IMG/VR virus record: IMGVR_UViG_3300025030_000054
Coordinates: 1-64,000 of that record
Strand: one strand, 5' to 3'
DNA length: 64,000 nucleotides
DNA from: a virus
The translations under genes and the position numbers were made by a program. The notes under the pieces are model-generated. The model did no database searches and was not told where the DNA came from. It worked only from the letters and a program-made list of their open reading frames with translations. The number at the start of each line of letters is the position of its first letter. Position 1 is the first letter of the stretch. Below, piece by piece: positions 40,456-50,380 of this stretch.

Positions 40456-41274
40456 ATGGATGAGAATAGCAAGCAGGGAGGTGAGGTGATTGAGAGTGTG
40501 GATTTAGGTAATACCAATTTAGAGCCTAAGCACAGGGAAAATTCATCTAAAGAATTATTTCAAAAAGATCCGGCAAGGTATTGGTACATTGAAGGAATGA
40601 GAGACGAAATAGAGTTACTGTACGAAGAGGCGGCTACTAAATACACCGCTGCGTACACTCAGGCAATTAGGGAAGGTAGATCTTCCGCGTTGCCTTACAA
40701 GTGGGAAGCCATGCGGTGTATTGAATTTGCAGCGATTTATAAAGGTTTAATGGATGAATGGGCAGCTACTAAAAATACTGGCCGAATGATTGACGAGCAT
40801 CAGCACATGGTTCACTGGTATGATGAGAAATCAGTGGTACCAAAAGAATTACTCGACGTGTACAAGAAAAAGGTTCCTGCGGGATTTCTATATAACGTAG
40901 TAATATATAACAGAGAAAATAAACAATGCCGGTTTGTCCACTCACTAGATTATCATAAGGACTCTGACCCTCTTATGGATAGAGAGTATGTTGCATATCC
41001 TGGAGGGTTTGTTCAGGCAAATGTGTATATCAAAGACCCTGAAGTTATCTTTCACAAGTGGATGTTAACCTCTAATAAACTTAATGACACACACGATTTC
41101 AGGAATGCGGTTAAGAGAAGCATCAGACTGAGGTACTTGCAAATGCCTGATTCGCTTAGACAAGAAATGCACAAGAGTAGTGTGTACAAAAAGTATGTGG
41201 CTCCCGCTATTGGAAATCGTAGTGTGGGTAGTTTGTTCGATGACTTTGTTGCCTACAAGGCTGGGTTAGTATGA
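40456..41274 (+). CDS. Hypothetical protein
   Basis: 272 aa ORF with RBS AAGGAG. Confidence 0.7.
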   Translation: MDENSKQGGEVIESVDLGNTNLEPKHRENSSKELFQKDPARYWYIEGMRDEIELLYEEAATKYTAAYTQAIREGRSSALPYKWEAMRCIEFAAIYKGLMDEWAATKNTGRMIDEHQHMVHWYDEKSVVPKELLDVYKKKVPAGFLYNVVIYNRENKQCRFVHSLDYHKDSDPLMDREYVAYPGGFVQANVYIKDPEVIFHKWMLTSNKLNDTHDFRNAVKRSIRLRYLQMPDSLRQEMHKSSVYKKYVAPAIGNRSVGSLFDDFVAYKAGLV

Positions 41275-41600
41275 AAAAATATCTTAAAGTTCGTGGAGAG
41301 TTGGTCTACCCAGATAACAAATTCGTTCGTATGACAGTGCTAGAAAATAGTCATGATGGTTATGAGTTTGGTGGGAACTCTGATGGCAGGCTTGGTGGTT
41401 ATGTATTTGTAACTGGAAGAATCAGACTTAGGGCCACTAAAACAGCACTTCCAAGTTTTTATGTAGCTCCTGCAGGCACATATTATGTATGGGTAACTCT
41501 AGGAAACCCAATAGGCGGCTCTATCCTAATACCCATAGAGTACTGGAAAGAAGTTAAAGAAGCTGTTCTAACCTACAACGAATGGGGGAAATCTCAATGA
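41271..41600 (+). CDS. Paralog family member 10
   Basis: MKKYLKVRGEL...VLENSH...WKEVKEAVLTYNEWG. Confidence 0.8.
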   Translation: MKKYLKVRGELVYPDNKFVRMTVLENSHDGYEFGGNSDGRLGGYVFVTGRIRLRATKTALPSFYVAPAGTYYVWVTLGNPIGGSILIPIEYWKEVKEAVLTYNEWGKSQ

Positions 41601-42211
41601 AACATTTAAAACTACGTGCTGAATTGGATAAGATAGATAAAAATTTCTGTTTTGTGGAGGTAGTTGAGCAGACACATAGGAGGTTAGATTTTGGGGTTAC
41701 TTTTAGTGGAGCCGGTTCTTTTGCTCATGGAGAGATTATGCTAGTGTCTTATGGAGAACCTCAGTGGGTTAACCACGGATTTGGCCGGGGTGGACATTCA
41801 GGGGTAGCCTTCCGGTTGTATGTACGGGGTCATCAAGAACAAAGAGATAAAGATAAAGTGAGAGTACCTACAAACATGTGGCCTAAAATAAAAGCTGCTG
41901 TTTTGGCTTATAATGAATTTTATTCTGGTAATAAAGAGGTGAAGAAAGAGAGTAAGGTAGAACCAGTAGTTAAAGCGACTGTTAAAAGTAAGGCTGATAA
42001 AGAATCTGACTGGGGCAGAATAACCAAAGAGTCTTTTGAGAAGTGCCTTGCTCAATATACTTCCACACTGGACACTGAATTTATTTATAGTGACTCAGTA
42101 GTAGAAGCGCCGCCAAGTCCACGGTGGCAAGCTACAAGGCGTACCTTTAACACTGATTTAAGGGGCTACATTACTTCTGCCTATTTTTTGGATGACCTTA
42201 ATGGCGACTAA
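41597..42211 (+). CDS. Paralog family member 11 with C-terminal extension
   Basis: MKHLKLRAEL...VEQTH...WPKIKAAVLAYNEF; ATGA overlap with member 10. Confidence 0.8.
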   Translation: MKHLKLRAELDKIDKNFCFVEVVEQTHRRLDFGVTFSGAGSFAHGEIMLVSYGEPQWVNHGFGRGGHSGVAFRLYVRGHQEQRDKDKVRVPTNMWPKIKAAVLAYNEFYSGNKEVKKESKVEPVVKATVKSKADKESDWGRITKESFEKCLAQYTSTLDTEFIYSDSVVEAPPSPRWQATRRTFNTDLRGYITSAYFLDDLNGD

Positions 42212-42398
42212 AAAACTTATCAGCCTGAGTCTAACAAAAGATGAAATAGCTCTGCTAGACACTCTTGTAATTATTGCAGAAAATAGAGCTATAAACCCCA
42301 AGCAAGTGAACAGAAGTACAGTTATCCGCGACCTTATGGTAAACTCCATGAGAGAGATACAGAGTACTAAAACTTCTCAAGGAGGTAACAATGAGTAA
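42201..42398 (+). CDS. Ribbon-helix-helix (CopG-like) DNA-binding protein
   Basis: KKLISLSLTKDEIALLDTL...NRSTVIRDLM. Confidence 0.7.
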   Translation: MATKKLISLSLTKDEIALLDTLVIIAENRAINPKQVNRSTVIRDLMVNSMREIQSTKTSQGGNNE

Positions 42399-42716
42399 AG
42401 AAAATGGGGCAGAAAGGGTGACTGTAACTATTGAAGCACCGCCTAGCTTTTCTGTTGTTGAATACATTGAGTTGGTAAAGCAGGAAGGCTACAAAAATGA
42501 TTACATGAATTTCAACTTCGACCAACTTCTTGAAGATCTTCCTAAAGCCATGAAATCGTTTACAAATGACATAGTAGCCAAAGCAATACTTTCGCATAGT
42601 TATGGAGAGATGCTGGCAAAACATTTTAGAAATTGGGTCAGGGGAAACATGGACGAGACCTTAGAGTACGCTTGTGGTGGGGCTAGCATCGGAGAAGACG
42701 AGGAGGGACTTGCTGA

Positions 42717-43310
42717 ATGTTAAAAGTAGAAAACATCGGAGTGTTTAATATTGAAGGTGCTTTCAGGGGCATGAGAAATCCTTTGGAAAGTTGGGATAAG
42801 TCGGACAATGGAGGACCGAAAGATTTAGCTCTGGCAAAGAAACTAGTAGCTGCTGGAACGGATCATAGTAAATTCATGAGGCAGATTTTTGTAAGCATGG
42901 ATATCACTACCTCTATGAGTCTTTGGAGTGAACTTGACACATACAAGGTAAGCACAGTAAGAAACAGCACCAGCCGTATGCACCGTCTCGGCTCCAGACT
43001 TTTAACTGCTGAGGATTTTAGTTGGGACAATGAAGAAGGTATTGTAGAATTGACTCCTTACAGAGAATCTTTTCTAAAGGAAATAAATACCCGTATAACA
43101 GTTTGGCAGGAAACTAAGGATAAGAATCTTTGGAGGCAGATAGTTCTTGACCTACCTGCTAGTTATAATTTTCTAAGTACTTGGACAGGTAACTATCAGG
43201 TACTGAGAGCAATTTATCATGCCCGTAAGAACCATAAGCAAAGAGAATTTAGAGAGTTATGTGGCGAGGTAATTGCTAAATTGCCTTACAGTGAACTTAT
43301 TACAGATTAA
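42717..43310 (+). CDS. ThyX-like (flavin-dependent thymidylate synthase fold) protein, divergent
   Basis: GMRNP..SW.KSD, HSKFMRQI, ELDTYKV...RNSTS.MH, LPASY, NYQVLR.IY..RK.H. Confidence 0.7.
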   Translation: MLKVENIGVFNIEGAFRGMRNPLESWDKSDNGGPKDLALAKKLVAAGTDHSKFMRQIFVSMDITTSMSLWSELDTYKVSTVRNSTSRMHRLGSRLLTAEDFSWDNEEGIVELTPYRESFLKEINTRITVWQETKDKNLWRQIVLDLPASYNFLSTWTGNYQVLRAIYHARKNHKQREFRELCGEVIAKLPYSELITD

Positions 43311-43760
43311 GGAGGAGTCTATGAAAGTCGGTGACATTATAGGGGCTGGAGACGGAACTTTGATAGGCTTAACATGCAGTATTGAAAGTATACAAGGTAA
43401 GCAAATAGATGCTTGGGTTATTAATGGAGAATGGAATATTACTTTCTTTTTAGATAATAGAGCCACTATATGTCACTCTCCAGAAGGTCCAAGAGAGTTG
43501 CCTAGACAGAAAATTATGACAACATTCCCGATTCCTAAAGGACTAAATTATAATGAGCAGTTAGAGTATATGAATAAGCAATTTAGCAGCAGCCCTATAA
43601 TTAGGTATACTACCGGCAAACTCTTAATGGTTAGGATGTGGGCATCTAAAATTCAAGATTCTTTAGCAGCAGCCTCAGTAGCATTTAAAAAGACATGGAA
43701 AGGAGAACCAGAAGATATCTCTGATAGCGATATCCCATTCTAAAAATTAAAGGAGACTAA

Positions 43761-45119
43761 ATGAAAGAATTTCAAGTGCTTAAAGATATTCAAAATACTA
43801 CCTCCAAAAAAGAAAAAGAGGCCATCTTGTATTGTAATGATTCAGAGACTCTTAGAAAGATGCTTCTGTACTGTTACTCTCCGCTTCTCACGTACAGAGT
43901 TAAACAGATTGATTTTCCAGATAAATATAACACTGTCCAGCCAGATATTTCTGATGAACTGTTCCGACTACTTGACCTACTAGCTACACACACGGTCGGG
44001 ACAAATGACGCTAAAGCTATGATTAAAAGATTGCTAGCTAAGTGTACGGAAGATGGTGCTAATTGGGTTTGTAAAATAATTAGTAAAGACCTTAAGATAG
44101 GGATTTCTGAGTCAACCATCAACAAAGCTTTTCCTGACCTTGTGCCTACTTTTAAGGTTCAATTAGCACTTCCGATGACTGAGCCTAAATCTGGGGAAAC
44201 TAGGTGGGACACAATTACTTACCCTAACTCTTGGATTCAGGAAGTTAAGCTAGACGCTCTTAGGTGCGTTGCTCTGTGTGATGGTGAAAAAGTTATATTT
44301 AGTAGCCGTGAAGGGTTTGAATTTGAGTCTTTAGATTTCCTGGCCAGCGAAGTTTTGAAGTTAGCTCAAGGTCGTGCTATAGTTTTAGACGGTGAAATTG
44401 TAGCGACTACTTACAATCCAAACTGTAAGGTTGCTAAAAAGAACTTTGAAGCAGGAACTAAATGGGTATTTCCTCAATCAAGTAGCATGGTCCGTTCAAG
44501 CAAAGGTTCATACACTGAAGAGGAAATGAAAAGGTGCCTTACCTACGTAGTTTGGGATGTTGTTAGTTACGACTACTTTCTGAGCCAAGGGAAAGAAGGA
44601 ACTTGCAAGCCTCTAAGGTACCGTAAAACTGAACTGGCGGGTATGTTTGAGGCGACTTCTGAACTTTCTAACATAAAGCGGATTTCAAGTAGACCTGTAG
44701 AATCTAAGGAAGGGGCTGTCGAATATCACAAAGAAATGATTGACCGAGACGAAGAAGGCACGATGCTGAAAGATCTTGATGCTGTTTATGAGTTTAAAAG
44801 GTCGCCTACTGTGTTGAAATTAAAAGACTTTTTTACAAGTGACCTGAGAATCATAGGAGCAGTAGAAGGTACTAAAGGTTCTAAGTATGAAATGTCTTTG
44901 GGCACTTTGGTAGTCAGTGACGATGCAGATTTGGTTAGTGAGGTGGGAACTGGAATTGACGACGATCTTAGGTTAAACATGTGGTTCAGGCATAAACGAG
45001 GAGAACTTGTTGGGGGAATTGTTGAAGTAATTTTTCAGGAACGCACGGCAGATAATAGTTTGAGACTCCCTGTGTTCGTTAGAGAGCGTCCTGAAAAAAT
45101 GGAAGTTTCGTGGGGCTGA
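43761..45119 (+). CDS. lig: ATP-dependent DNA ligase
   Basis: EVKLDALR, LDGEI, VWDV, EEGTMLK, YEFKRS..VLKLK, OB fold (VGTG, SLRLPVF). Confidence 0.93.
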   Translation: MKEFQVLKDIQNTTSKKEKEAILYCNDSETLRKMLLYCYSPLLTYRVKQIDFPDKYNTVQPDISDELFRLLDLLATHTVGTNDAKAMIKRLLAKCTEDGANWVCKIISKDLKIGISESTINKAFPDLVPTFKVQLALPMTEPKSGETRWDTITYPNSWIQEVKLDALRCVALCDGEKVIFSSREGFEFESLDFLASEVLKLAQGRAIVLDGEIVATTYNPNCKVAKKNFEAGTKWVFPQSSSMVRSSKGSYTEEEMKRCLTYVVWDVVSYDYFLSQGKEGTCKPLRYRKTELAGMFEATSELSNIKRISSRPVESKEGAVEYHKEMIDRDEEGTMLKDLDAVYEFKRSPTVLKLKDFFTSDLRIIGAVEGTKGSKYEMSLGTLVVSDDADLVSEVGTGIDDDLRLNMWFRHKRGELVGGIVEVIFQERTADNSLRLPVFVRERPEKMEVSWG

Positions 45120-45165
45120 TTGGTAGCAAAATAGGTAATTACCTAAATCTTAAGGAGGGGGTACA

Positions 45166-45540
45166 ATGAAGCACCTTAAAATACGGGCAGAGTACAGACC
45201 TGCCACAAAAGACGTAGAAGTAACTTTATTAGAGCAGTCGCATTTTGGTACTGATTTCGGTAGGATAGAAGATGCTTTTAAGATTGATCCAAAAAATAAT
45301 TGTGTGTTTAAACATAATGGTGTGGCGATTTATAGCCATATCACTTACAATAGAACCCCAATCTATTTTCACAAAAACAAGTACTCAAACGAAGTAAACA
45401 AAATTACCACTTGGATTTGCTTAGGAGATAGTTCCTCAATATTCAAACAAACTAAAGTAGAAAACACAGTGCCGATTGCTGAATGGCCAGCCTTGAAAGC
45501 AGCTATTGAAGCCTACAACGAATGGGGAGTTATCCAATGA
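45166..45540 (+). CDS. Paralog family member 12
   Basis: MKHLKIRAEY...LLEQSH...WPALKAAIEAYNEWG. Confidence 0.8.
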   Translation: MKHLKIRAEYRPATKDVEVTLLEQSHFGTDFGRIEDAFKIDPKNNCVFKHNGVAIYSHITYNRTPIYFHKNKYSNEVNKITTWICLGDSSSIFKQTKVENTVPIAEWPALKAAIEAYNEWGVIQ

Positions 45541-45887
45541 AACATTTAAAAATTAGAGGGGAACTTGTAAAAGAAGCTAAGGATAAAGTTAAAGTAACCA
45601 TTCTGGAACAGACGCATTTCTTTAGAGAGTTCGGTAATGTTACAGATAAAATGGCTGGCTCTGCCTTTATTCATGGAGAAGGGATTTTGCACAGCGACGG
45701 AGAAGAGCCTTTATACAGCGGCAAAAATTCATACGCCGGACCTGACGCAAAGTACTACCACTGGCTATTTGTTAATGGGCAATCACACCACAAAGGCGAT
45801 GTTGTGGAACCTATAACACTAGAGGCTTGGGCAGTTTTGAAAGAAACTGTGAAGGCTTACAACGAATGGGGAGCAGATCAACCTTAG
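45537..45887 (+). CDS. Paralog family member 13
   Basis: MKHLKIRGEL...ILEQTH...LKETVKAYNEWG; ATGA overlap with member 12. Confidence 0.8.
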   Translation: MKHLKIRGELVKEAKDKVKVTILEQTHFFREFGNVTDKMAGSAFIHGEGILHSDGEEPLYSGKNSYAGPDAKYYHWLFVNGQSHHKGDVVEPITLEAWAVLKETVKAYNEWGADQP

Positions 45888-45900
45888 AGGAGAAACTACT

Positions 45901-47004
45901 ATGTCGATTTTAGATAAATTTGCCTCACTTATTCCACTTGAAGATTTAGAAGAAGGAGCTAAACAACAAATTTACAACATCCTGAAACTTGACTGTTTAA
46001 AGAAACTTGCATTGATGCCAGATGCCCACCAAGGCTATGATATGCCTATTGGTGGAGTGGCTTTGCTAGACGGATTTATCTCAGCTAGCTTCGTGGGCTA
46101 TGATTTGGGATGCGGCGTATGCCATATAGCTACTGAAGAAAACGCAGAAGACTACTCAAAAGATGATTTACAACACATTTATAAGACTATCCACAAGACT
46201 ATTCCGACAGGGTTTTCTTCACATTATCATTCTAAAGACTATCTTCCTAAGTTTAAGTCTGCGATTCTTGATAAACAGACCACTGACAGAATAGCAGAGA
46301 AGGTTGACTTTCAGCTTGGTACACTAGGCGGTGGAAACCACTTCATAGAAATTGGAAGCAATAGGAAAGGTAAACTGGCGGTAACTATCCATTCTGGCTC
46401 TAGGAATGTGGGACATACTATCGGCGGGGCTTATATGAAGATGGGTCGTATGTTTGAACTTTCTTCGGAACTAGGTCAGTCTTACCTGAGAGACATGAAC
46501 TACGCACTTGACTGGGCTTTGGAAAACAGAATGCAAATGATGCGGAAGGTTTTAGAAGCAATTGGGATTAATAATAAAAATATAACGGTAGTCTTGAAGG
46601 ACGTTATAAACGAGAACCATAATCATGCTGTAGTTACTTCTGAAGGTGTTTTGCACCGTAAGGGAGCTACTCCTGCTGATTTAGATCAACTTGGTATTAT
46701 TCCGGCTAACATGCGAGACGGAGTTTATATTACTAGGGGTTTAGGTAATACCGAATTTTTGTCATCAGCTAGTCACGGTTGCGGTAGGCTTATGGGAAGG
46801 AACGTAGCTAAGAAATCTCTAGACTACGATGAATTCGTAACTCAGATGGAAGGTATTGTATGCTCCACCGACAGAAGCATTTTAGATGAGGCTCCAAATG
46901 CCTATAAAGATGTTAACTATGTGCTTGATGCTCAAGTTGGTAGGACTGTGGAAGTTGTTGATTTTATTAAGCCTTTGCTAAATATTAAAGCAGGAGGAGA
47001 CTAA
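45901..47004 (+). CDS. rtcB: RtcB RNA ligase
   Basis: MPDAHQG, VGYDLGCG, GTLGGGNHFIE, HSGSR, HRKGAT, SHGCGR, DEAPNAYK. Confidence 0.96.
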   Translation: MSILDKFASLIPLEDLEEGAKQQIYNILKLDCLKKLALMPDAHQGYDMPIGGVALLDGFISASFVGYDLGCGVCHIATEENAEDYSKDDLQHIYKTIHKTIPTGFSSHYHSKDYLPKFKSAILDKQTTDRIAEKVDFQLGTLGGGNHFIEIGSNRKGKLAVTIHSGSRNVGHTIGGAYMKMGRMFELSSELGQSYLRDMNYALDWALENRMQMMRKVLEAIGINNKNITVVLKDVINENHNHAVVTSEGVLHRKGATPADLDQLGIIPANMRDGVYITRGLGNTEFLSSASHGCGRLMGRNVAKKSLDYDEFVTQMEGIVCSTDRSILDEAPNAYKDVNYVLDAQVGRTVEVVDFIKPLLNIKAGGD

Positions 47005-47007
47005 CCA

Positions 47008-47352
47008 ATGAGCAGACACCTAAAAATAAAAGCACAATTAAATCTAGATAAAAAGACAGCAACTCTCACGTGGATTTCTCAAACTCATTTTGGAAGTAAT
47101 TTTGGAAATAGTAGGCCGGTTGGTAGTTATATGTTTGACAGTAGCTCCTTCAATATTGGCAACTTTAGTCTTGTAAGTCATCCTGACAACGAGTTCAGAA
47201 AAGCGAGGTTAAGCCTGCCTAGTAATAAAAATAATAAATGGTTTTTGGTACCTTGTCGAATCAATCCGTGGAATCCAACCACTACAATAGAAGTAGAAGA
47301 CTGGCCTTGGATTAAAAAACTGGTGGAATCTTACAATGAATTTTACAAATAA
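47008..47352 (+). CDS. Paralog family member 14
   Basis: MSRHLKIKAQL...SQTH...WPWIKKLVESYNEF. Confidence 0.8.
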   Translation: MSRHLKIKAQLNLDKKTATLTWISQTHFGSNFGNSRPVGSYMFDSSSFNIGNFSLVSHPDNEFRKARLSLPSNKNNKWFLVPCRINPWNPTTTIEVEDWPWIKKLVESYNEFYK

Positions 47353-47985
47353 GGAGGTACCTAAAAATGATAATTGACTACTGCAAAGATGGAGAAGCTG
47401 TTGGGGATCTTAGTGCTAAAGATTACCTAAGAAAGAAATATGCAGAATACCCAGATTGGCACATTCACACTTCTTCAGAATGTGTTGTTGATGCAGCTAG
47501 GGCCATGGTGGCCGAAGGTGAACTTCCGGCTGATAAAATAAAGATTTGGCATGAGCACAAGTTCGTTAGTAAGATAGATAAATACGGTAAACTGACTCAG
47601 TGGCCTAAAGGACTTTGCGACTTTTCCTTTGATTGCAATGTGAGAATTCTAAAAGCGGCTTCTGTCAATAGGAAAACACCATGAAAATGCAATCTACCAG
47701 AGAAAAATACTTAGTAACTAAAATGGGAATCCAATACAAACACTGCACAGATAACTACGTATTTACTGGTCAGGGTATGTGGACCGAAGGAGAGTATTTT
47801 TACAAACTATTTAAATGGGCACAGAACAGTTCTTGGTGGGGTTATTTGAAAAGGGATTATATAGGCGACGAGGGGGATGGTATTTTAGGCCCGCTTTACT
47901 ATCCTATTGACGAATCCTACATAGACGCTGAGATGCTGGCTAATGCAATCTACTCCTATTTTCTTAAGAAAGAGGAGGTTCCATT

Positions 47986-49302
47986 TTGATAGAGGTTAGG
48001 CATGTCGCTCGCGTCCAACTACCTGAAGATGAAAATGTAAAAGCCCTGATTTTAAACCTATTTGCGTACACTTCCAGAAATGGAGAATCTTTTCACAACT
48101 ACTCTTACAAAGATGGAGTAGCATATTTTCCCCCTTGTCTTCCAAAATTAGAGGTAGTTGCTAGTCTGTTAAATGAAACGGTAGTGGATAACAGGAGCCA
48201 TGGGCAGACTATATCCTCGCCTTTCATACTAAATCCAGAATTCACTTTAAGGGATTATCAAGTTGAACCTGCCAGACAACTTTTCGACGACACAAGAGAT
48301 AATAAATCAGCAACTTTAAGTGCAGGCTGTGGAACTGGAAAAACTATAGTGGTATCTCACGCGGCTGGTCGCTTAAATAAGAAGATCCTAGGAATTTTAG
48401 ATCAGTCGAACTTATTCCAAAATTGGGCGATTGCTTTTGATCTTATCTACGGCAAAAAAATTCAGCAACTAAAATCAACGGACATTGTATTCTCAGACGT
48501 ATGCATAACAACGTTTCAGATGCTACACAGGAACCCTGAGTTACTTTCTAGGATTAGGAAAGAATTCGGCTGTCTAATTTTAGATGAGTGCCATGTTGTA
48601 AAGGCTACTACCTTCAAACAAGTTTTATCCAGACTAGATACGCAATACCGTGTAGCATGTACGGCCACTTTCTTCAACAAAAACCTACCTTTAGGGATTC
48701 TTGAGGACTGGCTTGCTCCGGTGTCTGTTAAGATGGTAGATCAATATGCCTTAACTCCAGAGATACGTTGGATAGACACAGGAGTCATTTGGTCTTCAGA
48801 AGAACCTATGGACTATGCTTCCTACGTTCTTCCAGCACTTGCAGCAGATGCCAAAAGAAACGCTGTTATATTTAGTATACTAAAACAATGCCTAGAAGAG
48901 AAACGTAGAACTATAGTTTGCTGCATCACAGTAAAACAGGCTAACTTTCTACATGAGATTATGGTCAAATCTGGCGCACGATCTACCGTGTACACTGGAA
49001 GTACTACTGCTAAGAGGGACTTGGAAGTCAAAACTAAAATGAATTCTGGAGAGTTAGACTTCATTTTTGCTTCCATGAAATTTAATAAGGGAACAGATAT
49101 AGATACAGCGGATTGCATGGTTTTGGTAAGACCCAACAACAATCTTAAAGACACTCAACAATTAACTGGGCGAGTAGTTCGGAAGGTTGAAGGGAAACCA
49201 AAGCCCATAGTTTATGATTTTGCTGATGTAGGTTACTTGGCAGAAATCTTCGTAAGAAACCGTAAAAAGTTCTATAGGAGCCTTAACTACGAAGAAGGGT
49301 AG
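47986..49302 (+). CDS. SF2 DExH helicase
   Basis: LRDYQ, GCGTGKT, DECH, TAT, QLTGRVVR. Confidence 0.92.
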   Translation: MIEVRHVARVQLPEDENVKALILNLFAYTSRNGESFHNYSYKDGVAYFPPCLPKLEVVASLLNETVVDNRSHGQTISSPFILNPEFTLRDYQVEPARQLFDDTRDNKSATLSAGCGTGKTIVVSHAAGRLNKKILGILDQSNLFQNWAIAFDLIYGKKIQQLKSTDIVFSDVCITTFQMLHRNPELLSRIRKEFGCLILDECHVVKATTFKQVLSRLDTQYRVACTATFFNKNLPLGILEDWLAPVSVKMVDQYALTPEIRWIDTGVIWSSEEPMDYASYVLPALAADAKRNAVIFSILKQCLEEKRRTIVCCITVKQANFLHEIMVKSGARSTVYTGSTTAKRDLEVKTKMNSGELDFIFASMKFNKGTDIDTADCMVLVRPNNNLKDTQQLTGRVVRKVEGKPKPIVYDFADVGYLAEIFVRNRKKFYRSLNYEEG

Positions 49303-49304
49303 GC

Positions 49305-49361
49305 TAGGGTATGGGGGAGTTAAAAAGTCCCTCTACAAGCAATCCTCGTTCGTTTTAGAGG
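49305..49361 (-). repeat. Double-hairpin dispersed element, copy 3 (partial)
   Basis: 37/38 identity to 16639-16676, then CTCCCCCATACC as in copy 2. Confidence 0.8.
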
Positions 49362-49630
49362 TGGTTGTGGAGGATAATATGGAGGAGTTTTATTATGAGA
49401 AATATTGTGACTGAAGAAGAGGCAGCTACGAAACGGTGCCCTCAACTCATGGGTAGGTCTGATCTTGTAAATCGGTATTGCAAAGGATCTGACTGCATGG
49501 CTTGGCGGTGGCATTCTGAGGAGACACTAGAGAAGGGCTATGGAGAGAAAACTGTGGTACTAAAATATGGGTACTGTGGTAAGGTGCCTTTAACATGAAA
49601 TTGGTAATTACCTAAAAAGGAGAAAATAAT

Positions 49631-50380
49631 ATGGCATTAGTTTCGGGCGACAGCCATGGTAACCTCAACCGCTTAAAAGCATTCCTGAGATACAAACCTG
49701 AAGAGGAACACATTCTAACAGGAGACCTAATGGACTCCTACATAGCGTCCGACACAGGTATTATAGAGACCTTTCAGTTGTTTCAAAAATCAGATGCATT
49801 AGCAACATGGTCGAACCATGATACGGTTTACCTAAAAAACTGTCCTGGACAACTGATGTGCTCAGGTCATCGTACTAACCCAATTTTCGGTCATCTGATA
49901 AACGGCAGCAAGGATAAATACAGAGGGTCGTTTGTAAGAGATGGCTACCTGATAACACATGCAGGAGTTGTGGAAGAGATTGGTAGTAGGTTCTCTGACC
50001 TAGAATCTTTAAGCGAGTATATAAACACTGAGATAGATAAGATTGTCTATAACGAGGAAATTTGGGTAGATAGTCCTTTGTCGGATGTGTTTAATATCTC
50101 TGTTGTGAGAGGAGGTTACCATAAGTACGGCGGACCTCTATGGGCTGATTACAGAAGAGAAAAATATGATTGCACCAAGAATCAAATCTTTGGACACTCT
50201 CATTCGGAAACTTTGAAAATCTTTAACTACGGAGATGATGAAAACGAGAGGAAGCATGTCGCTGTAGATTGTAGTGAGTTTAGCTGTTTTAACACCAAGA
50301 CTGGCGCAGCAGAGGATTTCATGTTTCCTGCTTTTAAAGATGGTCCTGCGGTAAGAAAACTGTTGGAGGTCGGGTACTAA
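49631..50380 (+). CDS. Calcineurin-like metallophosphoesterase
   Basis: GDSHG, GDLMD, SNHD, THAG, FGHSH. Confidence 0.88.
   Translation: MALVSGDSHGNLNRLKAFLRYKPEEEHILTGDLMDSYIASDTGIIETFQLFQKSDALATWSNHDTVYLKNCPGQLMCSGHRTNPIFGHLINGSKDKYRGSFVRDGYLITHAGVVEEIGSRFSDLESLSEYINTEIDKIVYNEEIWVDSPLSDVFNISVVRGGYHKYGGPLWADYRREKYDCTKNQIFGHSHSETLKIFNYGDDENERKHVAVDCSEFSCFNTKTGAAEDFMFPAFKDGPAVRKLLEVGY

Noticed and set aside
21291-47352. Paralog family as a diversity-generating retroelement target
   Set aside because: No reverse transcriptase and no near-identical TR/VR pair differing only at adenines in this window
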